Position numbers and translations under genes: made by a program | Notes under the pieces: model-generated | What the model saw: the letters and a program-made list of their open reading frames with translations, nothing else | Database searches by the model: none | What the model was told of the DNA's origin: nothing | Sequence record: NC_048016.1 | DNA: 64,000 nucleotides | Reading direction: 5' to 3' (one strand) | Shown here: in pieces, positions 53,954 through 63,433 of the stretch | Layout: every line of letters begins with the position of its first letter | How positions within the stretch are numbered: position 1 is the first letter of the stretch

Positions 53954-54482
53954 CGCCGAACAGGCCATCAAAGAGTACATGGACTTGCTCAGCCAAAACG
54001 CTGTGCTGGTTCACGATGACAAAGTCATTCACGGTGTCCTGCCGGCCTGTGCGGTGGTTCTGGCGCGTTTTCGTCTGTGTGCCCTGTCAAGTGTGCAGGA
54101 AGTATTATATGACGAATACCCGCAAATCGGGTTTACTTTCAATACGTTTTATAATGAAACGGTTAAGTTCATTCTCGATGGAAAGCGTCGCGATATCTCA
54201 GTTGGGCAATACTCAGTTCTGATGCAACAGTATATGAACGATGTTCATGGTACTAAGTACGTGCGTCAGACCGGTAGCCTCGGTAGTCGAATGATGGCTG
54301 CTTCGTTCGGAGACTCCGGACAAGTGCGTAATCTGGGCGCTTCGCATCAAACGCAGCAACCGGACACCCGTCTGCTATCTTATGCAGACCACGAACTGCT
54401 GGCGCAGTGGCTTACGCGTGTCAATGGATTGTCAGACATGGTATCCTCGCTTGCAGTATTTTTAAAGATCGCACGTCCCTGA
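53940..54482 (+). CDS. Virion protein (180 aa)
   Basis: Overlapping start; position in the head cluster. Confidence 0.75.
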   Translation: MDFNNAEQAIKEYMDLLSQNAVLVHDDKVIHGVLPACAVVLARFRLCALSSVQEVLYDEYPQIGFTFNTFYNETVKFILDGKRRDISVGQYSVLMQQYMNDVHGTKYVRQTGSLGSRMMAASFGDSGQVRNLGASHQTQQPDTRLLSYADHELLAQWLTRVNGLSDMVSSLAVFLKIARP

Positions 54483-54540
54483 GGGGGCCCCTTAATCAGG
54501 GGCGTGTGGGTATTTGGTTATAACCAATAGGAACTGAAGC

Positions 54541-55809
54541 ATGAACTTTATCCAACAGCGCATCGCGCGTGAGTCAGTTGAATCTGATCCAAGCGCAATT
54601 GACGGCCTGAGCAACGTTGAGACTTCTGAAGATAACCTCGACGTGCAACTGACCGAAGTGGCTTCCATCGATGGTCAGCTGGACCGTCTGGACAATGACC
54701 AGGAAACGCTGGCCATTGACGCCGTTCGTACTGATGATGCAATCGACCAGGCCAGCGAAGCTGTCGAAAACGGCGAAGAGCTGCCTGAAGAAACCATCGC
54801 CAAAACTGAAGTGGCGCAGGAATCTATCCGTCGCCGCTGGGCTCTGGATACACCTAAGCTGGCGCGTGAAAGCTACCGTCGTGGCCGTGGCATGACCATC
54901 GCTGCGCAGGAAGGCTGGAAAGAAACCTTCAAAGACCTGATGAAGCGTTTCATCGACTTCTGCAACATGGTCATTGATAAGATCAAAGATGCCAAGCTGA
55001 AATACCTGAACGTGGGTAAAACCGCACAGGCGCGTGCCAAGAAATATCAGGCTGCGATTAAAACGCTGGGCAAAAAGAACAAAGAGCAGATCTCTGGCGG
55101 CTTCATCAGCAAGCTGGCTATTGAAGGTCAGTTCAATCTGGAACAGTCTATCGCCGCGGCGAAAGAAGTGGCCGGCGGCAAAGCGAAATCTGCCATCAGC
55201 CATCTGCAAGGCCAGGCCTCTGCAGCTGAAACCGTTGTGACCAAAGCGTCTAAGTCCGATGCTGCTGTAGCGACCTCTGGTTTCTACGACACCATCGAGC
55301 TGTTCGGTTCTGCTGCTAAGAAGATGAAGAACCTGCCGCAGTTTGACAACGAAGAAGCACAGCGTCTGTACGCACTGCCGGGCAATGCCTATATCCAGTG
55401 TGGTAAGAAAGCTGTTAACGGCGTTGACTTCACTGCTGTTGGCTTCCTGTCAACTGGCGATCGCAGCGACACCAAAGAAGTCCCAACTCCGGACATCGCG
55501 AAACTGAACTCTTCTGCTCAGGCGCTGGATGCTATCGGTAAAGGCTTCGAAGGCACGCTGAAAGATTTCCGCAGCTACGATGACGAAATCGGCAAACTGC
55601 GTTCAGCAGCACAGGCAGCGGTTCAGGCGATCGATAAAGCAGCGGATAACGCTGAGCACAAAACTCTGAGCGCAGCACGTTCTGCAGCTGACCAAGCGGT
55701 CCGTAACTACCAGACTCTGCATCGCGCAGTGTCTTACGTAGCGAACACCGTTATCAGCGGCCTGAATGGCTACATCGGTGCGGGCATCGGCGCTTACGCT
55801 AAAGGCTAA
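54541..55809 (+). CDS. Inner-body/ejection protein, phiKZ gp93-family paralog 1
   Basis: Acidic propeptide with ARE/AQE sites; strong codon bias. Confidence 0.8.
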   Translation: MNFIQQRIARESVESDPSAIDGLSNVETSEDNLDVQLTEVASIDGQLDRLDNDQETLAIDAVRTDDAIDQASEAVENGEELPEETIAKTEVAQESIRRRWALDTPKLARESYRRGRGMTIAAQEGWKETFKDLMKRFIDFCNMVIDKIKDAKLKYLNVGKTAQARAKKYQAAIKTLGKKNKEQISGGFISKLAIEGQFNLEQSIAAAKEVAGGKAKSAISHLQGQASAAETVVTKASKSDAAVATSGFYDTIELFGSAAKKMKNLPQFDNEEAQRLYALPGNAYIQCGKKAVNGVDFTAVGFLSTGDRSDTKEVPTPDIAKLNSSAQALDAIGKGFEGTLKDFRSYDDEIGKLRSAAQAAVQAIDKAADNAEHKTLSAARSAADQAVRNYQTLHRAVSYVANTVISGLNGYIGAGIGAYAKG

Positions 55810-55886
55810 TCCCCCTTAGCGTCGCAAGGCTTTCCAGTTTCTAAATTAAAGGGGGTGGCGTTGTCCACCCCAGAGGAAAAGAGAAC

Positions 55887-57158
55887 ATGAACTTTATTCA
55901 ACAGAAACTCGCGCGTGAGTCCATCGAAGGAACCGGCACCGTCGTTCCAGACGGTCTGGAACTGCCAGCTGAGTCGGTAGAGGGTATCCTCGCTGACCTG
56001 GCCCACGACGACCGCGTAATCGACAGTAACGACGCTGATGCTGCTGTACTGGCTGCTGATGCTGACGAAACTGATGCGCAGCTGGACGACGTTGACGCTG
56101 CTGTCGACGCTGCTGACCCGGATAGCGAAACGCCGGCTGACGAAAAGATGGAAGCCGAAGAAGACATGCCTGACTCCGCTGCGGAAGCACTGGACGTTGC
56201 GCAGGAGTCTATCCGTCGTCGTTGGGGTCTGGATGCTCGTCAGTCAGTCGCCCGCGAAAGCTATGGCTCGTCTAACCGCCGTCAGGTTGCTCGTGAATCC
56301 CTGTGGACCGATATCAAAGGTTTCCTGCAGCGTATCCTCGAGTGGCTGCAAGAGCAGGGTCGTAAGCTGAAAGACCGTTGGCTGAAATTCAGCAACGTCG
56401 GCAAGTCCATTCAGGGGCGTGCGGCTAAGTACGAAGCGCAGATCCGTGCACTGGGCAAGCAGAACAAAGACACCATCTCTGGTCCATTCGTTAAGCAACT
56501 GTCTATCAATGGCAAGTTCATCGGTAACGACAGCGCTAAACTGAACGAGCAGCTGGCGGTTTGTACTGGTCTGGTTGACCTGCTGGCGGAAGTGACTGGC
56601 GTGGGTGAAGAGATGGTATCGGCACTGGAAGGCGCAGGCAATCCAGAAACTGCAACCACCGCGAATGCCAAGAAGCTGATTACGATGATCCGTACCCGTG
56701 TGGACGGTGAAGAAGAAATGCTGGGCGGCAACAAAATGGTTATCAAAACCGAAGGCGAAGGCGACGACACCACGGCAACTCTGTCGTATGTTGCTTCCGA
56801 AGCTGAAGGCGAAGCCTCTGTCCCTACTCCTAATGCCGGTCAGCTGGCCTCTGCTAACACCTTCTACAAGAAAGTGGGCGTGGAGCTGGAGAAACAGGTT
56901 CAGAACTACCGCAAAGTCGACGCAGCCCGTAGCAAGTTCGAAAGCGAACTGCAGAAGCTGGTTAAGCGTGTTGACGGCGTTAAGATCGATGAGAAACCGG
57001 GTCTGGCTCGCGCCGTCCGTGTTATCCGTCGTGGCGTAACTGGCATCAATGCGACCGTGTCCTCTTCTGAGCGCGCGATTGCCATGATCCAGAAAAACCT
57101 GACCGCTGGCCTGAACGGCTACATCGCGTCTGGTATTGCTGCACACGCCAAAGGTTAA
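55887..57158 (+). CDS. Inner-body/ejection protein, phiKZ gp93-family paralog 2
   Basis: Shares the MNFIQQ..ARES start and GLNGYI..GI.A.AKG end with paralog 1. Confidence 0.8.
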   Translation: MNFIQQKLARESIEGTGTVVPDGLELPAESVEGILADLAHDDRVIDSNDADAAVLAADADETDAQLDDVDAAVDAADPDSETPADEKMEAEEDMPDSAAEALDVAQESIRRRWGLDARQSVARESYGSSNRRQVARESLWTDIKGFLQRILEWLQEQGRKLKDRWLKFSNVGKSIQGRAAKYEAQIRALGKQNKDTISGPFVKQLSINGKFIGNDSAKLNEQLAVCTGLVDLLAEVTGVGEEMVSALEGAGNPETATTANAKKLITMIRTRVDGEEEMLGGNKMVIKTEGEGDDTTATLSYVASEAEGEASVPTPNAGQLASANTFYKKVGVELEKQVQNYRKVDAARSKFESELQKLVKRVDGVKIDEKPGLARAVRVIRRGVTGINATVSSSERAIAMIQKNLTAGLNGYIASGIAAHAKG

Positions 57159-57178
57159 TTCCTTTACGTGTCGGGAAA

Positions 57179-57212
57179 CCCCACTCTTCGGAGTGGGGAT
57201 TCTTTCTTTTAT
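57179..57212 (+). terminator. Intrinsic terminator
   Basis: CCCCACTC-TTCG-GAGTGGGG plus a T-rich tail. Confidence 0.85.
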
Positions 57213-57229
57213 TCGACCGAATCTGAGAT

Positions 57230-57246
57230 AGATATCATTTAGGTGA
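57230..57246 (+). promoter_or_regulatory. Putative early promoter motif (variant)
   Basis: AGATATCAT-TTAGG-TGA. Confidence 0.6.
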
Positions 57247-57311
57247 GGTTACGCTATGACCTTTTTTACACGAGACCCATTCAATTATGTAATCGTAAGG
57301 AGAATTTACCC

Positions 57312-57932
57312 ATGAACTATAACCTGCTCTCTGTAATCGACGTAACGGGCAACACTGCAAACCTGAGTGATGCTAAAGTCTTTGAGTTGCATTTCGAACA
57401 TCAAGCACCATTACGTGTACCGCGTCCGGTTATGCTTGGCATCGCTTCCTTCGTACAAGCCTGCTACGCTCGCAACACGGAGCACGCTACCCTCCACTAC
57501 AACAGCCGTACCTTCACACTGGGCCAGAAGTGTGACTTCGATACATACAAGCGCCTACAGCCGCTTTACAAGTGGGCTATCGCCGCCGGTATGGAATACA
57601 TGCACAAAACCGCCAGCCGTGACTACAGTAAGTTTGAACACTTCTACCGTAAACACGTTGCCCGTGTGCCGGAAGTCATGGACGGTTATCTGACCGTCGT
57701 AACCGAAGTGTGCTTTGATAAAGCCGACATGCAAATGGTGTTGGATATCGAGCAGCGCATGATGAACGAACATCTGCTGGATGATGCCAACGGTGCCGTC
57801 GAGTCTGAGCAGATTACTCATGCGCGGGTTACGCATTTGTCCAGTGCGAAGGAACGACTGATTACGGCTCAACCGCTGACAATGCCACAGCTGGTGATTC
57901 ACCGTAAAAGCTCGGTTCAGTCGCAGTTCTAA
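57312..57932 (+). CDS. Hypothetical protein (206 aa)
   Basis: AAGGAG RBS before ATG 57312. Confidence 0.85.
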   Translation: MNYNLLSVIDVTGNTANLSDAKVFELHFEHQAPLRVPRPVMLGIASFVQACYARNTEHATLHYNSRTFTLGQKCDFDTYKRLQPLYKWAIAAGMEYMHKTASRDYSKFEHFYRKHVARVPEVMDGYLTVVTEVCFDKADMQMVLDIEQRMMNEHLLDDANGAVESEQITHARVTHLSSAKERLITAQPLTMPQLVIHRKSSVQSQF

Positions 57933-57940
57933 TTAACACG

Positions 57941-57967
57941 CCCCACTTCGGTGGGGTTAGTTTTTTT
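57941..57967 (+). terminator. Intrinsic terminator
   Basis: CCCCAC-TTCG-GTGGGG plus a T run. Confidence 0.75.
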
Positions 57968-57980
57968 GTAAGGAGTAATC

Positions 57981-58325
57981 ATGCCACACGTCATGTTAGA
58001 CTTTCCAGATGAAGCTTTGCATCAATCACACGGCTTACTGTTTAGACTCGGGGACATCACCTACGATTTACAAATCGAGTCTGTCAAAGAAGCGATTGAG
58101 CAGCTCGCCGACAAAGATTTCCAGGGTCAGATTACCGTGAAGTTGCACCGTAGTGTTCACGGCCTGGGTCGCCTCATCCACATTGAGGTCCATGCACTGA
58201 GCCTTGAGGTTGAGCCGCGTTATGTTCAACTCATTGATTTTAGCGATACCGTGCAGGTGCACAAATTCGAACGTCGTATTATCCTCGCCGCCTTGCGCGG
58301 TACTTTAGAGAAACTCCGCAAATGA
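57981..58325 (+). CDS. Hypothetical protein (114 aa)
   Basis: AAGGAG RBS; ATGA-coupled to DHFR. Confidence 0.8.
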   Translation: MPHVMLDFPDEALHQSHGLLFRLGDITYDLQIESVKEAIEQLADKDFQGQITVKLHRSVHGLGRLIHIEVHALSLEVEPRYVQLIDFSDTVQVHKFERRIILAALRGTLEKLRK

Positions 58326-58840
58326 AAATCACCGTCATCGCTGCTGTAGACAACCAATGGGGTCTGGGCAAAGACAATAAACTGGCATGGCGTTTACCGC
58401 GCGACTTCCAATGGTTTAAAGAACAGACCATGGGTAAGATGGTGGTCATGGGGCGTAAGACCTTTGAGTCTATCGGTTCCAAGCCATTGCCGAATCGCCG
58501 TAACTGGGTGATTACCCGCGACAGCCGTAACGTCGTTCCAGCCCAAGGCACTGAATACGGTGTGGGGATTATCACCAAGCCCGATGAGCTTCTGCTGATT
58601 GCCGATAGCTGGAAAGAGAAAGAGGTGGTTATCATCGGTGGTGCTGAGGTGTACGAGATGTTTCTCGAGCACGCTGACCGTATTCTGATTACCCACGTGG
58701 ATACGGAGATTGAAGGCGGGGCAGATGCGGTCTTCCCGCAGTTCGACCGTAACCTGTACAACCAGCGTAGCCTGCTGCACGTCCCAGCCGACGATAAACA
58801 CGCGCACGACTTCACCGTTGTGGAGTACACCAAGAAGTAG
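58322..58840 (+). CDS. folA: Dihydrofolate reductase
   Basis: IAAVDNQWGLGKDNKLAWRLPRDFQWFK, MGRKTFESI, LPNRRNWVIT, IIGGAEVY, ADAVFP. Confidence 0.97.
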   Translation: MKITVIAAVDNQWGLGKDNKLAWRLPRDFQWFKEQTMGKMVVMGRKTFESIGSKPLPNRRNWVITRDSRNVVPAQGTEYGVGIITKPDELLLIADSWKEKEVVIIGGAEVYEMFLEHADRILITHVDTEIEGGADAVFPQFDRNLYNQRSLLHVPADDKHAHDFTVVEYTKK

Positions 58841-58892
58841 ACAGTTACGTGCAAAGGGTTGATACTATGTCACTGGTCACGAGGACAAACAC

Positions 58893-59330
58893 ATGTATCG
58901 GCCCGAAGAAGGTTTAGGCACGTCGTTGAATCACCTGATAATCGAGGTGGGGTTGGGTACCGATTTGATTCGGCACTTTAACTCGCTGCCGCAGGTGCAT
59001 TTCTCTGAAGCGCAATACCTGAGCATCGCCCTCTGGTTTCGACTGGTGTACGAGGGCAAGACTGCGAAGCCACTTGCCATTCCCCGTAAAGGGCCAACCG
59101 TCACGGTCGGTGTCCCGATGAACCTCAACAAGTTTATCTGGCTGTACGACTTCGTGAAGGCAGGTACCGTGGTCTCGACCTCGGTAGACCGTCACGCGGA
59201 ATACGGACGGGGCGAGAACTGGCATCTTTTGGATGCACAGGGTGTGAAGTGGCGCAAGCAGAACCAGTTGGTACAGCTTTGGCACTATCCGAATCTGGAC
59301 CACGTGCTGCTGTTGGGTGTTGACAACTAA
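58893..59330 (+). CDS. Hypothetical protein (145 aa)
   Basis: GAGGA RBS; TATG motif upstream. Confidence 0.8.
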   Translation: MYRPEEGLGTSLNHLIIEVGLGTDLIRHFNSLPQVHFSEAQYLSIALWFRLVYEGKTAKPLAIPRKGPTVTVGVPMNLNKFIWLYDFVKAGTVVSTSVDRHAEYGRGENWHLLDAQGVKWRKQNQLVQLWHYPNLDHVLLLGVDN

Positions 59331-59334
59331 CACG

Positions 59335-59356
59335 GGGGACTTCGGTCCCCTTTTTT
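59335..59356 (+). terminator. Intrinsic terminator
   Basis: GGGGAC-TTCG-GTCCCC plus a T run. Confidence 0.85.
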
Positions 59357-59370
59357 ATTTGCAAGGATTA

Positions 59371-59997
59371 ATGATGAAGAAGATGTTAAAGCGTAAAGAC
59401 TTTATTGAACACCTCCGTAAGTTCGAGGGGATTGACCTTGACATTGTGGGCAACCCAGAAGACGAATTCAAAGAGTACGACGGCGGGTGTAACATTGGCA
59501 AGCTCAGCCTGAATGCCCGCGTGGTGAAGCTCCTAGAGCGTTTGCAGCTACACCAAGAGATTAGCCCGTCGACAGTCTACATCGAGATGCCCGGCGGTGC
59601 AACCCGCGGGGATGTGCTGATTACCTGCGAGAGCGATATTCGCATGGGGGCATTGCGTAAACTCCGAGCCGATGCTCAAGAAGTATCGCGCTACAACGTC
59701 AAAGGGCAGGAGATTTATATCTCCCAAGCCGTGCGGGATGAAATGAAAGACATCGCGGCACGCTTTAAATCGATGTTCCTGTTTCCCGATGCCCTCGTCA
59801 TCGTCATGCTAGACCGCCAGACCGACGCTGACGTGTTTGACCTGCAGCGTAATATGATTCCAGTGGTGAGCTCATTAACCTCGGTTAAAGGTGAGATTGT
59901 CTTCTTGGGTGAGGTCGCGGCCAAACTCACCGAGGAGTTGTTCACCATCAATGGGAGCGTCTACAAGCGGACCCGTAGCTTCTTCAAACAGGATTAA
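59371..59997 (+). CDS. Hypothetical protein (208 aa)
   Basis: AAGGA RBS before ATG 59371. Confidence 0.8.
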   Translation: MMKKMLKRKDFIEHLRKFEGIDLDIVGNPEDEFKEYDGGCNIGKLSLNARVVKLLERLQLHQEISPSTVYIEMPGGATRGDVLITCESDIRMGALRKLRADAQEVSRYNVKGQEIYISQAVRDEMKDIAARFKSMFLFPDALVIVMLDRQTDADVFDLQRNMIPVVSSLTSVKGEIVFLGEVAAKLTEELFTINGSVYKRTRSFFKQD

Positions 59998-60000
59998 TAA

Positions 60001-60030
60001 GAGAGGGCCTTCGGGCTCTCTGTTTTTTTT
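60001..60030 (+). terminator. Intrinsic terminator
   Basis: GAGAGGGCC-TTCG-GGCTCTC plus a T run. Confidence 0.8.
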
Positions 60031-60073
60031 TGCGTTACCAGCCAGTTTTATGAGCTAATGAGGAGACACCCCA

Positions 60074-61576
60074 ATGCAACAGTATTTTGAGATTCCTTCA
60101 TTAGACCAGACCATTCGAAAAGCCATCGTGGACGGTATTGTTCATCGAGCGTTAAATGAATCGGGAATCGCGAAAGCAGAAATCATCTATAACGATGAAC
60201 GCTTCAAGACAACCCATCAGGTCGGGTCTACCGAAGGCGAGGAAACCACCGCCGCCTATGCAGGCACCGACCGTGTCTACATCGGTGTGGTGGAAGAGCG
60301 TGACGAGTACGCACGTATCAATCGCCAAATCGGCATGAACGTCAATATCCCGTTCTTTGCAAACGACGATGATCAAGTACACGCGGTGGCCGGTACCTGC
60401 GGTTATGATGTAACCATCACCCTAACGCGCCACAATCAATCAGAAGACGAGTTACACCGTTGGGTGAACCGTCTCAACGCTTTGCAGGATATGGGCCGCT
60501 ACAGCCTGATGGCGGAGTCTGAGGCCTACTACATTATCCCTAAGCCTGCCCTGCAATTGCTGAACGCGTGCTACGTGGCTGCGAATACCCGGGTACCGAA
60601 GCATGAAAGCTTCCCGGAATACCTGCGGGCGTACTTTGGTAAAGAAGTCACCCGCGTCTCGAACGTGGCCGGTGGACAGGAGTCACTGGCGGTGCGCTTT
60701 GCACCAACCCGTGTGGAGCTTGTGTATTCAACTGAACCCCCAACGTGGGATAAGGATGAAAATCACTATGAAGCCGCTTTTAACATCAAGTTCTTTTACC
60801 AGCCGCCAGAAGAGGTGGTGGTCTCGTGCCCGTACATTATTAATCAAACGCCACTACCGGACGAATGGTGGCCGGACATTGACGGACCGTGGGTAAGCAA
60901 CGAGGAGTTCGTGCGTCGCTCCCAGCAGCAACAGAACCTCGATGGAACGTGGTGGGTCAATGAGAAACGCCCCCTGATTCAACTGCCGTACCTGCTGGCA
61001 CCCAAAGAGCAGTTCCTGCGTCTGCACTACCCAGCGAAGCACGCCCCGTTACCTATCTTCGGTACCGATGTCGCCTTTGAAGAAGACAACATGGTTGACC
61101 CGGTTGTCTTCAACGTTGCTGACCTGCCCTACCGGTGGAACGATGCGCTGCTGCCCTACATCGAGCACTGTCGCCGTATTGACCGCACCGGGATGACCGG
61201 GATGTTCCGCTTCCTTGCGTTTGAGGAAGGAGCACTTATCGAGCCGCGTCTCTACCATTGGGATAACGGTAACTTCCAGTTGCTGCGTCGTCAAAACGTC
61301 ACCAAGAACTATTTCGTGCTGGAGACGGTACTCTCTGATTGGCGGGATCTGGACTTGTGGCCGTTGCACCTGTACCCCAAAGCGGCAGAGGTGTTAATCA
61401 AGTGGTTGTTCCCGGATTGGGATACCCCGGATTGGTGGTGGGACTTACCGCGCTTACCGCCGTCAGTGATTGATAAAATCCCACGGGATAAATACAGAGA
61501 CCGGGACTATTACCTGACCATCTTTAACACGGGCATCCTGACTGTCGAAGGAGTAGAAGATGCTGAAGTCGAGTAA
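60074..61576 (+). CDS. Virion structural protein (phiKZ gp98 position)
   Basis: 500 aa; GAGGAG RBS; TATG motif upstream. Confidence 0.75.
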   Translation: MQQYFEIPSLDQTIRKAIVDGIVHRALNESGIAKAEIIYNDERFKTTHQVGSTEGEETTAAYAGTDRVYIGVVEERDEYARINRQIGMNVNIPFFANDDDQVHAVAGTCGYDVTITLTRHNQSEDELHRWVNRLNALQDMGRYSLMAESEAYYIIPKPALQLLNACYVAANTRVPKHESFPEYLRAYFGKEVTRVSNVAGGQESLAVRFAPTRVELVYSTEPPTWDKDENHYEAAFNIKFFYQPPEEVVVSCPYIINQTPLPDEWWPDIDGPWVSNEEFVRRSQQQQNLDGTWWVNEKRPLIQLPYLLAPKEQFLRLHYPAKHAPLPIFGTDVAFEEDNMVDPVVFNVADLPYRWNDALLPYIEHCRRIDRTGMTGMFRFLAFEEGALIEPRLYHWDNGNFQLLRRQNVTKNYFVLETVLSDWRDLDLWPLHLYPKAAEVLIKWLFPDWDTPDWWWDLPRLPPSVIDKIPRDKYRDRDYYLTIFNTGILTVEGVEDAEVE

Positions 61577-62885
61577 GTCGGGTGCCGAATGGCAACCTAT
61601 CAAACAGCCTACCCCGGAATTGGCACAAGCCCAAGACGGGATAAAGGAAGCCTCGAACATTGTGACCGAGCCATTACGCACCACGGTAATGGACTTGCAG
61701 CGTGTGTCGAAGCAGCACCTGTTACAGTACGTAACCGGTTCCTCGTGGTCGGTGACGTTCTACCACTTCCTGCGGGGCAAGAATGACCCGTTGAAAATTA
61801 TCGACCCCAAGGTTGATAACTCCACCCAACAGCTGGAGAAAATCCACAATCTCGAGCTGCGTGTCACCACCGCTTTGCAGCGTAGTCAGCAGTCCGACAA
61901 CCGCACCTTTGAAATCACCGGGGCTGCGACGGTAGTCAACTCGATTCCGCCGAACGTTACCGACTGCTTTGTGGCAGAGATGGATGGCGGTCGACTGGGC
62001 CTGTTTAACATCACGTCTTCAATCCGTGGGTCCGACAACAAAATCGCCACCTACGAGATTGAGTACGCGATGCTCTACGAGGTCACGCCGGATATTGCGA
62101 ACATCCTGAAAGCGTGTACGGTGCGTGAGTATTACTACGTCCGGGAACGTGCGTGGTGGGGCGAAGACACCCTCTTACAGCCGGACGAGTGGAATGAGTT
62201 TCTGCGGGTAGAACGTTTACTGCTGGATATCGAGCAGACGTATGTCAAACGCTTCTACGATCACGAAACCCAAACGCTGAAGTTCCCCGAGGATGAGTAC
62301 CGGGTGTACGATGTGTTCTTGGCACGGTTTGTTCGGGCAATTGGCTTGACCATGCCGGGGCACGATATCCGTATCTACCCGCACCCACCCAAACAGGTGA
62401 ACGATGTCGAAACCTTCTGGGACGCTATCATTAACCAAAGCGGAACCTTCCTTGAGGACTTCAACCGCCGTTGTGCGTGTTTCTCTGTGAAGACGTTCCG
62501 GGTATTGCAGATGATGAACACCATTGGCTGGTCAAAGTTCCATGCCACGTTGTTCTTCACTGCGGATAACAAGTACGCGACCTACCCGTACAACTTCCCG
62601 GGCTTTGCTGGTTTTGTACCAGAGAGCATTAACTACCGCGGCAACGTAGGGGAAACCTTACCGGCCTTCGGTGTTCCAACTCTCACGCCGTATATCCTGA
62701 GTGAAGAGTTTTACAAGGGCAGTTACACCAACGTGCTTGAGTGGGCGTTGCACCTCTTTATCAAACAGCAGCCGATTTCTCCCCAGCCGATCATTATCTT
62801 GGCTGAGATGTTACGTACGCTGCCGAAGACGGCGCAGTTCTACTACACCCCGCTGGTTTACGTGCTCCTCCGTTACGTGAGGTAG
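61560..62885 (+). CDS. Virion structural protein (phiKZ gp99 position, neck-like)
   Basis: 441 aa; PNVTDCFVAEMDGG..GLFNIT pattern. Confidence 0.75.
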   Translation: MLKSSKSGAEWQPIKQPTPELAQAQDGIKEASNIVTEPLRTTVMDLQRVSKQHLLQYVTGSSWSVTFYHFLRGKNDPLKIIDPKVDNSTQQLEKIHNLELRVTTALQRSQQSDNRTFEITGAATVVNSIPPNVTDCFVAEMDGGRLGLFNITSSIRGSDNKIATYEIEYAMLYEVTPDIANILKACTVREYYYVRERAWWGEDTLLQPDEWNEFLRVERLLLDIEQTYVKRFYDHETQTLKFPEDEYRVYDVFLARFVRAIGLTMPGHDIRIYPHPPKQVNDVETFWDAIINQSGTFLEDFNRRCACFSVKTFRVLQMMNTIGWSKFHATLFFTADNKYATYPYNFPGFAGFVPESINYRGNVGETLPAFGVPTLTPYILSEEFYKGSYTNVLEWALHLFIKQQPISPQPIIILAEMLRTLPKTAQFYYTPLVYVLLRYVR

Positions 62886-62887
62886 TA

Positions 62888-63433
62888 ATGAGCAAGAAGT
62901 TTACCCCCGCCTTCCATTTGTTTCACAGCTGGGTAAGCTGGCGTGTGCCGGCTTATGCAACGTTGACCGAGTACGCCTTGCAAGAGCACGGTGTCTTTTT
63001 GCCGGAAGACAAGAAGAAGGCCAACGCCATCCTGCACGACCGTAAGATGATAATGGCTCGTCCGTTTGAAATTGCGGAGTATCTGTCGCAGGGTATGCCA
63101 CTGGACATCAATGACCCCAACGATGCTATCAAGGTATACGGTTGGATAATGGAACACATGGCCAACTGGTTGAACTTTTCCAGTAACCCGTCCCTTATCA
63201 AACGGCATATCCCGATAGAAGGAATGCGTGAGTTTAATAACCTTGCGAACAAGCTCTTTCCGGTCGCCCACCGTTACGGGTATTTCCGTAAGGCGGAAAT
63301 CACGATGTCAGACTCGTTGCAGTCGTTCTTCGGTCAGGAGGTGAAAGCCACCAAAGACGAACACCGCTTTAACGACACCCTGATACGGCGACTGGAAGTG
63401 GCAGCGCGTTATCAATCCCGAGGAGCGAGATAA
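62888..63433 (+). CDS. Conserved protein (phiKZ gp100 position)
   Basis: 181 aa. Confidence 0.75.
   Translation: MSKKFTPAFHLFHSWVSWRVPAYATLTEYALQEHGVFLPEDKKKANAILHDRKMIMARPFEIAEYLSQGMPLDINDPNDAIKVYGWIMEHMANWLNFSSNPSLIKRHIPIEGMREFNNLANKLFPVAHRYGYFRKAEITMSDSLQSFFGQEVKATKDEHRFNDTLIRRLEVAARYQSRGAR

Noticed and set aside
56244-57146. 300-aa antisense ORF (likewise 16282-17148, 12749-13459, 51996-52637)
   Set aside because: Shadow ORFs produced by strong codon bias of highly expressed sense genes; no RBS or motifs.
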